Of a stretch of 64,000 bases of DNA, positions 9,453 through 18,710 are shown piece after piece. Position 1 is the stretch's first letter. Each line of letters begins with the position of its first letter. The translations under genes were made by a program, and so were the position numbers. The notes under the pieces are model-generated. The model saw only the letters and a list, made by a program, of their open reading frames with translations. It was not told where the DNA came from and did no database searches. The DNA comes from Acidobacteriaceae bacterium (lineage in GTDB: Bacteria; Acidobacteriota; Terriglobia; Terriglobales; Acidobacteriaceae), in NCBI GenBank assembly GCA_043749775.1, contig JAYVCW010000208.1, forward strand, positions 47,121-111,120, written 5' to 3'.

Positions 9453-10978
9453 TGGTCACTCCCCCCCGCCAATGAAGGGAACCCCAAGGAATGAAACGCT
9501 CGCTGTACGACATCATCGGGATCGAAGGGAAACATCGGACGTGGAACCCGTTTGAAATCGAGACTACGGAGATTTACGGTGCAGATTCCGGGAGTCTCGA
9601 TTTCATAAATTCCCGCAGCAATGGGTTCATAGCAGGCACGAAACTGGGTTGGACTCTTCGCGACAATGATTTTCGCCTGGCGTACGTCATATCCAAACGC
9701 TTTGAAGATGGCCGGATCGTGGGAAAAGGCGGGTCGTTCGTGAACCAAAACGTGAATCGGACCGATCTCAAAAATTGCCGAAAGCCCGATTTGCGCCTCC
9801 TGACCCCGCGCTATGGGACCTTCATAGCGGAAGTATCCATCGGATAACTTGCCAACGCGGCCGGTGTATGTCCTTGGGAAGTAATGTGCGGAGTCGATCG
9901 AGCCTCCTAAACTCACGGTCAACAGGCTACCGATACCAGCGTCATGCATTTGGCGAACAGCTTTTGCATCAAGGAGCGTGAGCAAGACCAGTTCCTCCAC
10001 CTCTTCATCAATAAAGGCTTGAAGGAGGTGGTTGCTATCTCCTGGCGCCCCACCGGGAGGCGCATCACCTGTGTCGGCAAAGACGAAAGGGCGTGCTTGC
10101 CTCTGTTTCACATCGTGGATCGCGGCCTTTGCGCTCCACAGGTTCAAGTCCAGTTCATGACGCGTCTGCCACATCGATTCGCCGAGTTCGCCAAGTATAG
10201 GTTGCGCGTCGTGTTCCGTACCGTAGCAGACCACATTGACCGCCGCACCTGCCTCCTTGACGTCTAACCATGGTTGCATCCAGAAGCATGAAACGGAAGG
10301 TGTCAGTTCATTGCCTTCAAACTGTTGGGCTCGCTTCATGATAGGGCCGAGCGGGGATATCGATGTATTCTGCTTCACTGACGGCGCAATCATTGGAATC
10401 TTGCGCAGAAAATTCTTGGGTTTCTCTCCGGAAGCAATAGTCCGCAACAAGAGACGAGCCGCCCGTGCGCCGGTTTCATGGTGATCTATGTGAGGGGCAG
10501 TCCGGTATCCGACTAATGCGTCGCACAAGGAAACGCGTCGCCTGGTCAGGTTTGCATGAAGATCGTGAGTCACAAAAATCGGACATCCAGCGCCAACGGC
10601 GTCCCGAATATCGGTCAAAAGAGCGCTATCACCATCGTCATCAATTTCGGTGGACATCGCTCCGTGCAACGCTAGCAATACTGCGTCCGCTGTGGAGGTT
10701 GATCGGATGGGAAGCAAAAGATCGTCGCGTAATGTTTCATACGTCCCGCGAGTGAGTCTGCCGCCAGATGTCGCCATTGCAGCTACGGTAGGAATTAGCT
10801 CATGGCCAGAGGTCCGCAGAGCGGACCACATTCCGGAGATCTCAGTTGATGAGTCGGCCAGATGCCTGAAAATGTCGCCCCCCTTCAGATAATATAAGGC
10901 ACGAAAATTCTCAATCTGCCCTGGAACACAAGAAAACGTGTTCGTTTCCTGAATGATGGCTCCAACGACAATGCGCAT
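9449..10978 (-). CDS. M81 family metallopeptidase (MlrC-like)
   Basis: 509 aa. The N-terminus MRIVVGAIIQETNTFS is the characteristic start of the MlrC N-domain. Confidence 0.75.
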   Translation of the reverse strand: MRIVVGAIIQETNTFSCVPGQIENFRALYYLKGGDIFRHLADSSTEISGMWSALRTSGHELIPTVAAMATSGGRLTRGTYETLRDDLLLPIRSTSTADAVLLALHGAMSTEIDDDGDSALLTDIRDAVGAGCPIFVTHDLHANLTRRRVSLCDALVGYRTAPHIDHHETGARAARLLLRTIASGEKPKNFLRKIPMIAPSVKQNTSISPLGPIMKRAQQFEGNELTPSVSCFWMQPWLDVKEAGAAVNVVCYGTEHDAQPILGELGESMWQTRHELDLNLWSAKAAIHDVKQRQARPFVFADTGDAPPGGAPGDSNHLLQAFIDEEVEELVLLTLLDAKAVRQMHDAGIGSLLTVSLGGSIDSAHYFPRTYTGRVGKLSDGYFRYEGPIARGQEAQIGLSAIFEIGPIHVLVHERPAFSHDPAIFKAFGYDVRQAKIIVAKSPTQFRACYEPIAAGIYEIETPGICTVNLRSLDFKRVPRPMFPFDPDDVVQRAFHSLGFPSLAGGSDQ

Positions 10979-11093
10979 GGCTACGACTGTTCTATGTTTC
11001 TATAGTGAAACACATCGTATATCGTTTCCGATTCTACATTGACTGCGGATTCTGTTCAAGCAAAAACTAGCAGCCTGAGCAATCGGTCCTTCC

Positions 11094-11921
11094 CTAAGAA
11101 GATCGAAAGAAGTGGAGTTTTAAGGTAAGCGAAGTGGCAGTTTTTCTAATTGCCGTTTCAATTTCGGCTCTTCTCGTGATTACTCGTCCGGTCGGGCCCG
11201 AAATACTTATCGCTCCTAGAGGTTCGGACTCATATCCAAGAATAGGAGCCCCTATACAAGATGCGCCAGCTTCATTCTCTTCATTGTCGAGGCTGTACCC
11301 CTGGACCTTCACGAGTTCAAGTTCCTGCATTAACTGTTCGATATCCGTGATCGTATTGGGCGTGTAGACCGGAAGCCCTTTCTGCAATACCGCTTCCAAC
11401 TCGGCGGAACTCAGATGAGCCGCGACTGCCTTGCCTAGTGCGGTGGAGTGATATTGAACTTGTTCACCAACACTCGCGACCATGCGTACGGAATGGGGGC
11501 TTTCTACAATGTTCGCGTACACTACTTTGCCCCCACGCCTCAGGGCGAGACAAGCTGTCTCTCCGAATGTGTCCACCAGCTCCATGAGCAGCGGCTGGCA
11601 GATGTCTGTTATGCCGCCGGAGGACAAAAATCGAACCGCAAGATCCATGCAGCGCGTTCCCAGCCGGTAACGTCCATTCTCCTTGCCTTTCCTGACATAT
11701 TGAATAGTTTCAAGAGTGAACAGAATGCGGTAGACGGTGGTCTTTTGGATCTTCGTCATATGAATAATGTCTGCGAGGGACAACTCTGCGACGCCATTTT
11801 GGAAACAATCCAGAATTTCGAAACACTTTTCCACCGCTGGAACGCGATACATCTTGCCGATAACAAGTCTTGACGGAGTTGATCTTCCCGTAGTGGCGGT
11901 TGTGTCGGACTTTTTGCTCAT
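11094..11921 (-). CDS. IclR family transcriptional regulator
   Basis: 275 aa with an N-terminal wHTH (AVEKCFEILDCF...LSLADIIHMTKIQKTTVYRIL) and a C-terminal IclR effector domain. Confidence 0.85.
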   Translation of the reverse strand: MSKKSDTTATTGRSTPSRLVIGKMYRVPAVEKCFEILDCFQNGVAELSLADIIHMTKIQKTTVYRILFTLETIQYVRKGKENGRYRLGTRCMDLAVRFLSSGGITDICQPLLMELVDTFGETACLALRRGGKVVYANIVESPHSVRMVASVGEQVQYHSTALGKAVAAHLSSAELEAVLQKGLPVYTPNTITDIEQLMQELELVKVQGYSLDNEENEAGASCIGAPILGYESEPLGAISISGPTGRVITRRAEIETAIRKTATSLTLKLHFFRSS

Positions 11922-11938
11922 TTGAACCTATTTCGGCA

Positions 11939-13249
11939 TCAGTGCAGATCGCCAAGTACACGGTCGATGGTACCGAGCGTTTCAGCGACATCGTCGTCAG
12001 TGTGCGCAGTGGAAACGTAAAATCGGCCGTCAGGAACCGAGTAAATTCCCTGTTCGAGCAACCGCGATAGAAACTTCCGAAGTTTGCCCTGGTCGTCTTC
12101 TAAGGTATCGCGATAATCGTAAAGCTCTGTTTTGTCAGTAAAATGGATCGCGAACGCACTGCCGAATCCGCACACCGTCAGTGGCACATCATGCTCTTTT
12201 GCTGATTTCCGAATGCCATCCATTAAACTCAATCCCAATTGATTCGCTGCGGCGAGAGGCGCTCCCGCGTCCTGCGACAATTCATCCAGTGTTGTGCGAG
12301 CAGCCGCCATGGCGAGGGGGTTCCCATTGAATGTACCCCCGAATGAAACACCCCCATTGACGAGAAGGTCCATGATTTCTTTCTGGCCGGCTACTGCGCT
12401 CAAACCAACGCCACCCGCGATTGCTTTTCCTAGTGTTGCCAAATCAGGCTTCACACCGTAGTACTCCTGCGCTCCACCCAGACACTGACGAAACCCAGTG
12501 ATTACTTCGTCGAAGATCAGCAAGGTCCCATTCTTCTTTGTAATCTCACGCACTTTCTGAAGATAGTTGCTCTTGGGAAGGATACAGCCGCTATTACAGA
12601 GAACCGGTTCCATGATAACAGCGGCGATTTTGCCTGGTAAACGGATGAAGAATTTCTCGAAAGCTTCTACATCGTTCCAAACAGCGACGGCGACGTTGTC
12701 AGAACTATTTGGTGTTTGCCCTCGGGATGGGAGAACCGCATTCGGGAATTCAGCAGGACCGATTTCGCCAAGGGATGGATGGTAACTGATCAAAATCGAG
12801 TCAACCCAACCGTGATAGTGCCCTTCGAACTTAAGAATTATATTGCGTTCTGTGCTTGCTCGCGCGAGCCGACACGCCAACTGCACCGCTTCGGTGCCGG
12901 TTGAGGCAAATGCGACCCGTTCAGCGCATGGTACAAGCTTCTGAATCCGTTCGGCGACTTCGAATTCGTTTTTGTGCTGAGCACCGAGCGTGTGAGAGCC
13001 GGCCGCGGCCTTGGAGACTGCACTGCACAAACGAGGATTGCTGTGGCCTAAAATAAGCGGGCCCCACGCCAACGCATAGTCTATGTAACGATTTCCATCC
13101 ACATCCCACATCTTCGAGCCCTGACCCTCGCTAATATAGAGAGGCACGTCAACCTTCGCCCGAAATGGGCTGCTTACGCCTCCTACGAGTGATTTTCGCG
13201 CTCGCTCCAGTAGTTCTACCGACTTTTGCCAAGATTGCACACGCGCCAT
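11939..13249 (-). CDS. Class-III PLP aminotransferase, glutamate-1-semialdehyde aminomutase (HemL)-like paralog
   Basis: 436 aa. GGVSSPFRA...DVDGNRYIDY..WGPLILGH and LIFDEVITGFR are close to HemL signatures. The position in a catabolic cluster argues against a true hemL. Confidence 0.8.
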   Translation of the reverse strand: MARVQSWQKSVELLERARKSLVGGVSSPFRAKVDVPLYISEGQGSKMWDVDGNRYIDYALAWGPLILGHSNPRLCSAVSKAAAGSHTLGAQHKNEFEVAERIQKLVPCAERVAFASTGTEAVQLACRLARASTERNIILKFEGHYHGWVDSILISYHPSLGEIGPAEFPNAVLPSRGQTPNSSDNVAVAVWNDVEAFEKFFIRLPGKIAAVIMEPVLCNSGCILPKSNYLQKVREITKKNGTLLIFDEVITGFRQCLGGAQEYYGVKPDLATLGKAIAGGVGLSAVAGQKEIMDLLVNGGVSFGGTFNGNPLAMAAARTTLDELSQDAGAPLAAANQLGLSLMDGIRKSAKEHDVPLTVCGFGSAFAIHFTDKTELYDYRDTLEDDQGKLRKFLSRLLEQGIYSVPDGRFYVSTAHTDDDVAETLGTIDRVLGDLH

Positions 13250-13446
13250 ACCGTTCCTTTACTGAAACGTCTTACTAATAATTCCATAGTCGCAAGATTT
13301 TGTGAGATTGTCAACGCGGTCGGCCCCCTAGGCGGCACTTGAGACCTTTGCATCTCGGCAATGGCTTCCTGGCTGCCACCGCAAAGGAGAGCACCTTCTG
13401 ACGGGTGACGATGGCTGATGAGATAACCATGTCGGCTCCTCGCGGG

Positions 13447-13500
13447 CGAGTAGACTTGGAAGCGCTCAAAGCGACCTAGGCTCGGAGGAAAGGAGCCGAG
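13447..13500 (+). repeat. Copy A of an imperfect ~50-bp direct repeat (leader immediately 5' of the IS110 transposase fragment)
   Basis: CGAGTAGACTTGG...GGCTCGGAGGAAAGGAGCCGAG. It matches 14502-14552 with an identical 13-mer plus a 24-mer carrying 3 mismatches. Confidence 0.6.
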
Positions 13501-13502
13501 CG

Positions 13503-13872
13503 ATGATGATTATAGGATGTGATTTGCATACACGCTACCAGCAGATCGCGATGCTGGACGCGGAGACTGGCGAGGAAATGGAGCGGCGTCTGGAACACGA
13601 GAGTGGAGAGGCGCCGGGTTTTTGCTCTGCGCTCACGGGGCCGGTGCGAGTGGGTATCGAAGCCACTGGGTACACGCACTGGTTCGCGGATCTGCTGACG
13701 GAACTGGGGCACGAGTTATGGATGGGGGCATGCGGCGAAGATTCGGGCGTCGGTGGTGCGCGAGCAGAAGACGGATGCGCGGGATGGCGCGCACTTGTTG
13801 GATCTGTTGCGCGAGGATCGCTTTCCGCAGATCTGGCAGCCGTCGCCAGCGGAGCGGGATTTGCGTCTACTC
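13503..13872 (+). mobile_element. IS110-family transposase, N-terminal fragment only, frameshifted (pseudogene)
   Basis: IGCDLHTRYQQIAMLD, VGIEATGYTHWF and KTDARDGAHLLDLL are the DEDD-domain motifs of IS110 transposases. The frame switches inside the G5 run at 13724-13728, and similarity ends after RDLRLL (about aa 122). No C-terminal domain is present. Confidence 0.75.
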
Positions 13873-14501
13873 GAAAAATACCAATCAACGAACCATCAGG
13901 TACCCGATGTTGCGAGTTCGAGCAGCGACTGGCAGATTCGTTCTCGAATCAAGTTCGACAGCTCCCCCTATGCGGCAACCGGGCCTAACAGCAATACTTT
14001 CGTTCTTGGCGTGCTTAAGGGGCGGGTGGGACTGGTAACCTACCCTTTCAGGCGGTGCACTAAATGAACATATGGCGCGCAGATTCTTGGAGATGGACAC
14101 ATTACTCGATCATTTACGTGTGCTCGTTCGTAGTGTGTTGGGGTTCACTGGCGTTGCTGATCGGGAACGGAGCTAAGTATGTCAGCATGCTTTCGTGGAA
14201 TCTATTTGGCCTAGAGGAGTTCTATCGTTAACACCTTGGAGCTGCAAGCCATGCCGCGAGTGGCTCAGCATCTCTAATGGCTTCTGGAACCATTGCGGTT
14301 ATCTTCACGCTTAACGCGCCTGGCTTTTTCGTTCGCCAAAGCTGCGGATCCTTGGAGTGGTCATGGCAGCGGCCTTACTCGTGGCCACGATACTTTGGAT
14401 TCCGAATCCTTGGGAACATATGTAAATTTCAACTACAGCATCGCCGCGACTTCGCAGCGCCTGAATGGGCTGATTAGATAGCCATTTCGGCTCCAGACTG
14501 C

Positions 14502-14552
14502 CGAGTAGACTTGGGTTGCTCAGAAACCAAGGCTCGAAGGAATGGATCCGAG
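14502..14552 (+). repeat. Copy B of the imperfect ~50-bp direct repeat
   Basis: CGAGTAGACTTGGGTTGCTCAGAAACCAAGGCTCGAAGGAATGGATCCGAG. It can fold as an imperfect hairpin (CGAG..CTTGG / CCAAG..CTCG). Confidence 0.6.
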
Positions 14553-14689
14553 GAGGGTGCCCGGCCTTTGGATCGCCCAAATGTGAGTGCCCCGGTCCCT
14601 TCGCGGTTTGCGAAGGGCGGGAACCGATAAAAGCCTGCGTCAGGAGGTTCGATCACGCCGCGGGCGGTGCTAGCGAAATCTGCCCGGCC

Positions 14690-14804
14690 TTCATTCACTC
14701 GCACCGGACCGGATTCATCCAGAAAGTAGAAACGGTTAGCTGCTCCAGCGCCATTGCTCGGGCGACATCACCAAGCCACGCTTCACCGTAGTGCGGTGCA
14801 TGTA
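14690..14804 (-). pseudogene. Remnant of the C-terminus of an IS200-like / REP-associated tyrosine transposase (RayT-type)
   Basis: The minus-strand translation gives YMHRTTVKRGLVMSPEQWRWSS, a stop, then in another frame RFYFLDESGPVRVNE. This matches the conserved Y-[IM]-H-R-N-P-V-K-R-G-L-V...W-x-W-S-S tail of this family. No intact N-terminal part is present. Confidence 0.45.
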
Positions 14805-15165
14805 TCCGGGGAGAGCCCCAAGACCAATGACGCGACAGATTCGAAACAAAACTGTCCCTCAATTTGTCCCTCATTGGCTCCCGTATACCCCCGAATACCC
14901 CCGACAATCGGGAGTCGGGGTCCTGTTATGTCCTTGAAAAAACATGAGCCCGATAACGCAGCCCACTTTTGAAGACCGGGGCGATCACCGGACCGCATGC
15001 GCTTCCGTGTGTTCCGCATACAGCAAATCTAGTAGCACTTCAGAGTAGCAGCCCACCAACCTTTAACGCTGAACACACTTCGAAGGCTCGTTTTCCGGCG
15101 GATTGGCCGGACGCAATCATTGCCGCGCATTTCGGCGTTCAAATGTTAGTTGAGGAGAGCATGGA

Positions 15166-16057
15166 TTGCTTCCTTCATTCGTCGTAGTCGGGCCCCCACG
15201 TACTGGAACGAGTTGGTTGCATCAGGTCCTCAAGAGCCGGACGATTCTGCCCGAGACCAAAGAGACGCGTTTCTTTGATGTTCACTTCCATCGGGGAGTG
15301 AACTGGTATCGGCGGAACTATGCGAGCTCTGGAATCGCCGGCCCAATGGGCGAGGTTGCGCCCACATATTTTGCGTCTGGGGCGGCATGCCATCGCATTC
15401 GGAGCTTGATTCCGACGGCCAAGATTGTGTGCGTTTTTCGCGAACCTATCGAGCGCATCATCTCCCTGTACAAGTTGAAGCGAGCCTACGGAATGATCCC
15501 ATGGAGTTTCGAGGAAGCGATCCGACGCGATTCGGAATTGATGGAATCAAGCCGGTACGCCACGTACTTAAAAATTTGGCAGCATGAGTTCGGTAAAGAT
15601 CGCGTCTACACTGCCTTCTTCGACGACCCTGCGCAGCGATCCGCAGGGTTTTGTTGACGGACTCGCAGACTTCATCAGCATTCCGCGGTTCTCGCTTTCG
15701 GCGCCGGAACTCACCGCGCTCCACACCTCCTCGATCATGACGCATCCGCGCAGCTACCGCGGCACGCGCCATGCGAATCAACTGGCGGGCTGGTTAAAGG
15801 CGCGGCAGTTAGGGCGGATTGTCAACGTTGTCAGGACTTGTCCCTTGGGCAAGCTATTTTTAGGCGGCGGTCAGGCGATTGCGTCGCCTTCGGCCGAATC
15901 ACTGAAAACGGTCTACGAGCTCTTCCGGAACGAGATCGAAGAACTCGAGATCACATCGGGACGGAATCTATCCGCGTGGAAGGGTGCATCGCGCGCCGAG
16001 GTGGCTTACCCGCTGTTAGTCGAGCCGCAGAGACCCATGCAAGCACAGGAAACCTGA
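15166..16057 (+). pseudogene. Sulfotransferase-family gene interrupted by a single-base frameshift
   Basis: The N-terminus has the PAPS-binding loop VVGPPRTGTSWL. ORFs 15166-15657 and 15584-16057 join into one sensible sequence (..AFFDD|LRSDPQGFVDGLADFISIP..) if one C is removed from the CCC run at 15627-15629. Confidence 0.7.
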
Positions 16058-16093
16058 TCCCGCCAGACTTTCTTTGAAACTCTGCGCCCTGTC

Positions 16094-16399
16094 TCAAGCG
16101 GATTTTTTCTCCTCCCTTACAGAGTGGGGCGCATTCGCCTCCTGATCCGTGGCATGACGGAGTTCTTCTTTGCGTTCGTTCAGCGCCTTAATCAGACGAT
16201 CGAGGTACTTTCCGAGCACTTGGGGGTCCGACTCGTGCGCTATTAACTCGAAAATCTTTTCCCAATTCGAGTTCTGGTCTTGCTTACCCGTCATGCACTC
16301 GATCAGGCAATTGGATTGCCAAATTTCAATCGGAATTTTCTCAGCCACTCGATGCAAGTCATTCAGAAACCATAGAAAACTCTTCGGCTCCGCAAGCAA
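16094..16399 (-). CDS. Hypothetical small protein
   Basis: 101-aa ORF with no recognisable motif. It is the only long ORF in this interval. Confidence 0.35.
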   Translation of the reverse strand: MLAEPKSFLWFLNDLHRVAEKIPIEIWQSNCLIECMTGKQDQNSNWEKIFELIAHESDPQVLGKYLDRLIKALNERKEELRHATDQEANAPHSVREEKKSA

Positions 16400-16540
16400 C
16401 CAGGGTGAGCAGTAGGCAAATATTTCACGGCGCTATTTCTCGGCGGTCTTTCCTGAAATTTCGCCATCGGTTATTCACGATTTCAACCTCAAGTGGTCGC
16501 TGTATTTGTTTAGGAAACCAGATTAGATAGGCTACTGCCC

Positions 16541-16750
16541 GTGTCCGCATTAACCGAGGTCGAGGTGAGGCGTCTGCGCGCCGAAATTCGCGCGCTTTGC
16601 TGCGCTCCAATCAGTCCGGAGCGCGAAGAGCGACTCAAGAGTCTTGCCCAGCAGCTTGGGGTTGCAATCAGAAAACACCTCCAGATGTCAAAGCTCGCGT
16701 TGCGGACAAAGTTGTCTGCTATTCCTCCGCGCAATCCTGACAACCCGTAG
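16541..16750 (+). CDS. Hypothetical small helical protein (GTG start)
   Basis: 69-aa ORF with a charged helical character. There is no supporting motif. Confidence 0.25.
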   Translation: MSALTEVEVRRLRAEIRALCCAPISPEREERLKSLAQQLGVAIRKHLQMSKLALRTKLSAIPPRNPDNP

Positions 16751-16808
16751 TTTGGCGAGTGCTGATTCACTGGGCTGCGCCCGGAGCACCGAAAGGAAAG
16801 GAGTCACA

Positions 16809-17030
16809 ATGGCGACCAGCAGCAAAAAGAAGTCCGGCGGGCGTAAGTACGGCAAAGCCGCCAGCAAAAGCGTTGAGGGCGCCGTGCGGCGCGAAAGGAA
16901 AGGCACGCTCCGCTCGGGCAAGGGCGGTAAGGGCGGAAAAGTAACAAGTCGCAAGCAGGCAATCGCGATTGGACTTTCTGAGGCACGCAAAAAGGGCGCC
17001 AAAGTCCCGGCGAAGAAAAAGAGCGCTTAG
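16809..17030 (+). CDS. Small lysine-rich basic protein (DUF6496-like)
   Basis: ATG at 16809 is preceded by GGAAAGGAG. The 73-aa product ends with SRKQAIAIGLSEARKKGAKVP, a segment I recognise from small conserved bacterial basic proteins. Confidence 0.6.
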   Translation: MATSSKKKSGGRKYGKAASKSVEGAVRRERKGTLRSGKGGKGGKVTSRKQAIAIGLSEARKKGAKVPAKKKSA

Positions 17031-17126
17031 CTCCAACGGTCTCGCTAAACCGCCCCAGCGCCGCCAACCGTTCCTGCTACAAAATGCATCGTAGTTGCGG
17101 TCTTACTACTAGGGAGTGGCCTGCCT

Positions 17127-17951
17127 ATGGCGAAGCCGCAACAAACGCCGAACGCCGACATAGCGCCCACTTCCTCCACGCTTCCCCCGCTCCCTGCAGA
17201 GCAGGAGGCGTTGTTTCGTGAAGTGCTGACCCAGCTCGAACAGAGCGGCCTGAACTACGCCGTGGCCGGCGCATTCGCGCTCCGGCAGCATACCGGAATC
17301 TGCCGCTTCACCAAGGACATGGACATATTTCTGAGTCCAGCGGACGCATCGGCGGCGTTGACGCAGCTGCAAGCCGCCGGTTTTGAATGCGAGGTCCCCG
17401 ACCCGGTCTGGCTCGCGAAGGCCCACCGCGATGGATACTTCGTCGATCTGATTACGGGCATGAGCAACGCAGTAATCCAGGTGGACGCTTCGTGGATTGA
17501 GCGGGCTTATCCTGCCACGATTCTCGGGATTTCGACGCGGGTGTTGGCGCCGGAAGAACTGCTGGCGTCAAAGCTCTTCGTCACGCGGCGCGAGCGCTTC
17601 GACGGCGCCGACATCGCTCACATCATTTTTGCGTTGCGCGGTAAACTGCGCTGGGACCGGGTACTCGAACTGGCGGGCGAGCACTGGGAAGTGGTGCTGT
17701 GGAGCCTGCTGCTGTTTCGTTATGTGTATCCCGCGCAAAGCAGCTATGTTCCCCAAACATTGTGGCAGGAGTTGCTTTCGCGGCTGGGAGCGGAACTGCG
17801 GTCGCCGAATCCGAGCGCAAAATTTCGTGGCAGTCTGATCGACCCGGTGATGTTCGCGATCGACGTCGATGAGTGGGGACTGGACGACGTGCTCAAGGAG
17901 ACGCAGGCGAGCGGCGAAAAAATTGACCCTCCAAGCAATCTCCGCCCCTGA
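17127..17951 (+). CDS. Nucleotidyltransferase-fold protein (minimal pol-beta-like NTase)
   Basis: 274 aa. VAGAFALRQHTGICRFTKDMDIFL fits the G[SA]-x(9-12)-DxD NTase signature. It is the first gene of a tightly spaced three-gene unit. Confidence 0.55.
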   Translation: MAKPQQTPNADIAPTSSTLPPLPAEQEALFREVLTQLEQSGLNYAVAGAFALRQHTGICRFTKDMDIFLSPADASAALTQLQAAGFECEVPDPVWLAKAHRDGYFVDLITGMSNAVIQVDASWIERAYPATILGISTRVLAPEELLASKLFVTRRERFDGADIAHIIFALRGKLRWDRVLELAGEHWEVVLWSLLLFRYVYPAQSSYVPQTLWQELLSRLGAELRSPNPSAKFRGSLIDPVMFAIDVDEWGLDDVLKETQASGEKIDPPSNLRP

Positions 17952-17983
17952 CGCCCGCTGCTGTTTGAAGACAGAGGACATGG

Positions 17984-18694
17984 ATGATGAGGATTGCCGC
18001 CACCGCCGACCTTCATTTTTCGGCCGCCAATCAGGCGGCCCTGCGCAATCAACTGAGCAAGGCGCGCGATGAGGCGGATGTGCTGGTTATAGCCGGAGAC
18101 CTGACCAACTTCGGTCAACCCGCTGAAATGGAGCCATTGCTGAATGTCCTGGTGCGGTTGCGGGTTCCGGTAATCGCGGTCTTGGGCAACCACGACTACG
18201 AGTGCGGGAAGGAGCAGGAACTCATCCGCATGATGAATACGGAAGGCGTCAAAGTGCTTGATGGCAGCGGCTACGAGCGCGATGGGGTGGGCTTCGCCGG
18301 GACGAAAGGATTCGTAGGAGGCTTCGGGCGCGAAATTCTGACCGCCTTCGGCGAGCCCGAGATTAAGAATTTCGTCCGGGCTTCCATCGACGAAAGCCTT
18401 AAACTGGAGCGGGGGTTGTCCCAGTTGCGAACCAAGAGGCGCGTCGTGGTGTTGCACTATTCACCGATCGTTGGCACGGTTATCGGCGAGTCTCCGGAAG
18501 TTTTCCCGTTTCTGGGGACATCGCGACTAGCGGAAGTGATCGATCGCCATGGCGCTGACCTGGTGGTGCACGGCCACGCCCATCGCGGAAGTCTCGACGG
18601 CCAAACTACTGGCGGCGTTCGGGTGCGGAATGTCGCGATTGCCCTGCTTCAAGCACAGGAACCATCCTGCGCTTTCCGCGTGTTTGACGTATAG
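17984..18694 (+). CDS. Calcineurin-like metallophosphoesterase
   Basis: 236 aa with the ordered motifs DLH, GDL, GNHD, H and GHAH. Confidence 0.85.
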   Translation: MMRIAATADLHFSAANQAALRNQLSKARDEADVLVIAGDLTNFGQPAEMEPLLNVLVRLRVPVIAVLGNHDYECGKEQELIRMMNTEGVKVLDGSGYERDGVGFAGTKGFVGGFGREILTAFGEPEIKNFVRASIDESLKLERGLSQLRTKRRVVVLHYSPIVGTVIGESPEVFPFLGTSRLAEVIDRHGADLVVHGHAHRGSLDGQTTGGVRVRNVAIALLQAQEPSCAFRVFDV

Positions 18695-18710
18695 GATCTC
18701 GTGATTCCTC

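Noticed and set aside
13873-14470. ORFs 13753-14067 (tail), 13885-14100, 14277-14477 and 14311-14580 as real genes
   Set aside because: They are short, mutually overlapping and lack motifs or RBS. They lie between two transposase remnants, so they are most likely degraded sequence.
17744-18457. Long antisense ORFs opposite confident genes. These are 17744-18457, 29479-30129, 35779-36564, 40122-40826, 41024-41707, 43906-44685, 47204-47854 and 47934-48595, plus many shorter ones
   Set aside because: Each lies fully or almost fully inside, or mirrors, a CDS with strong domain evidence on the other strand. None has an RBS or a recognisable motif.
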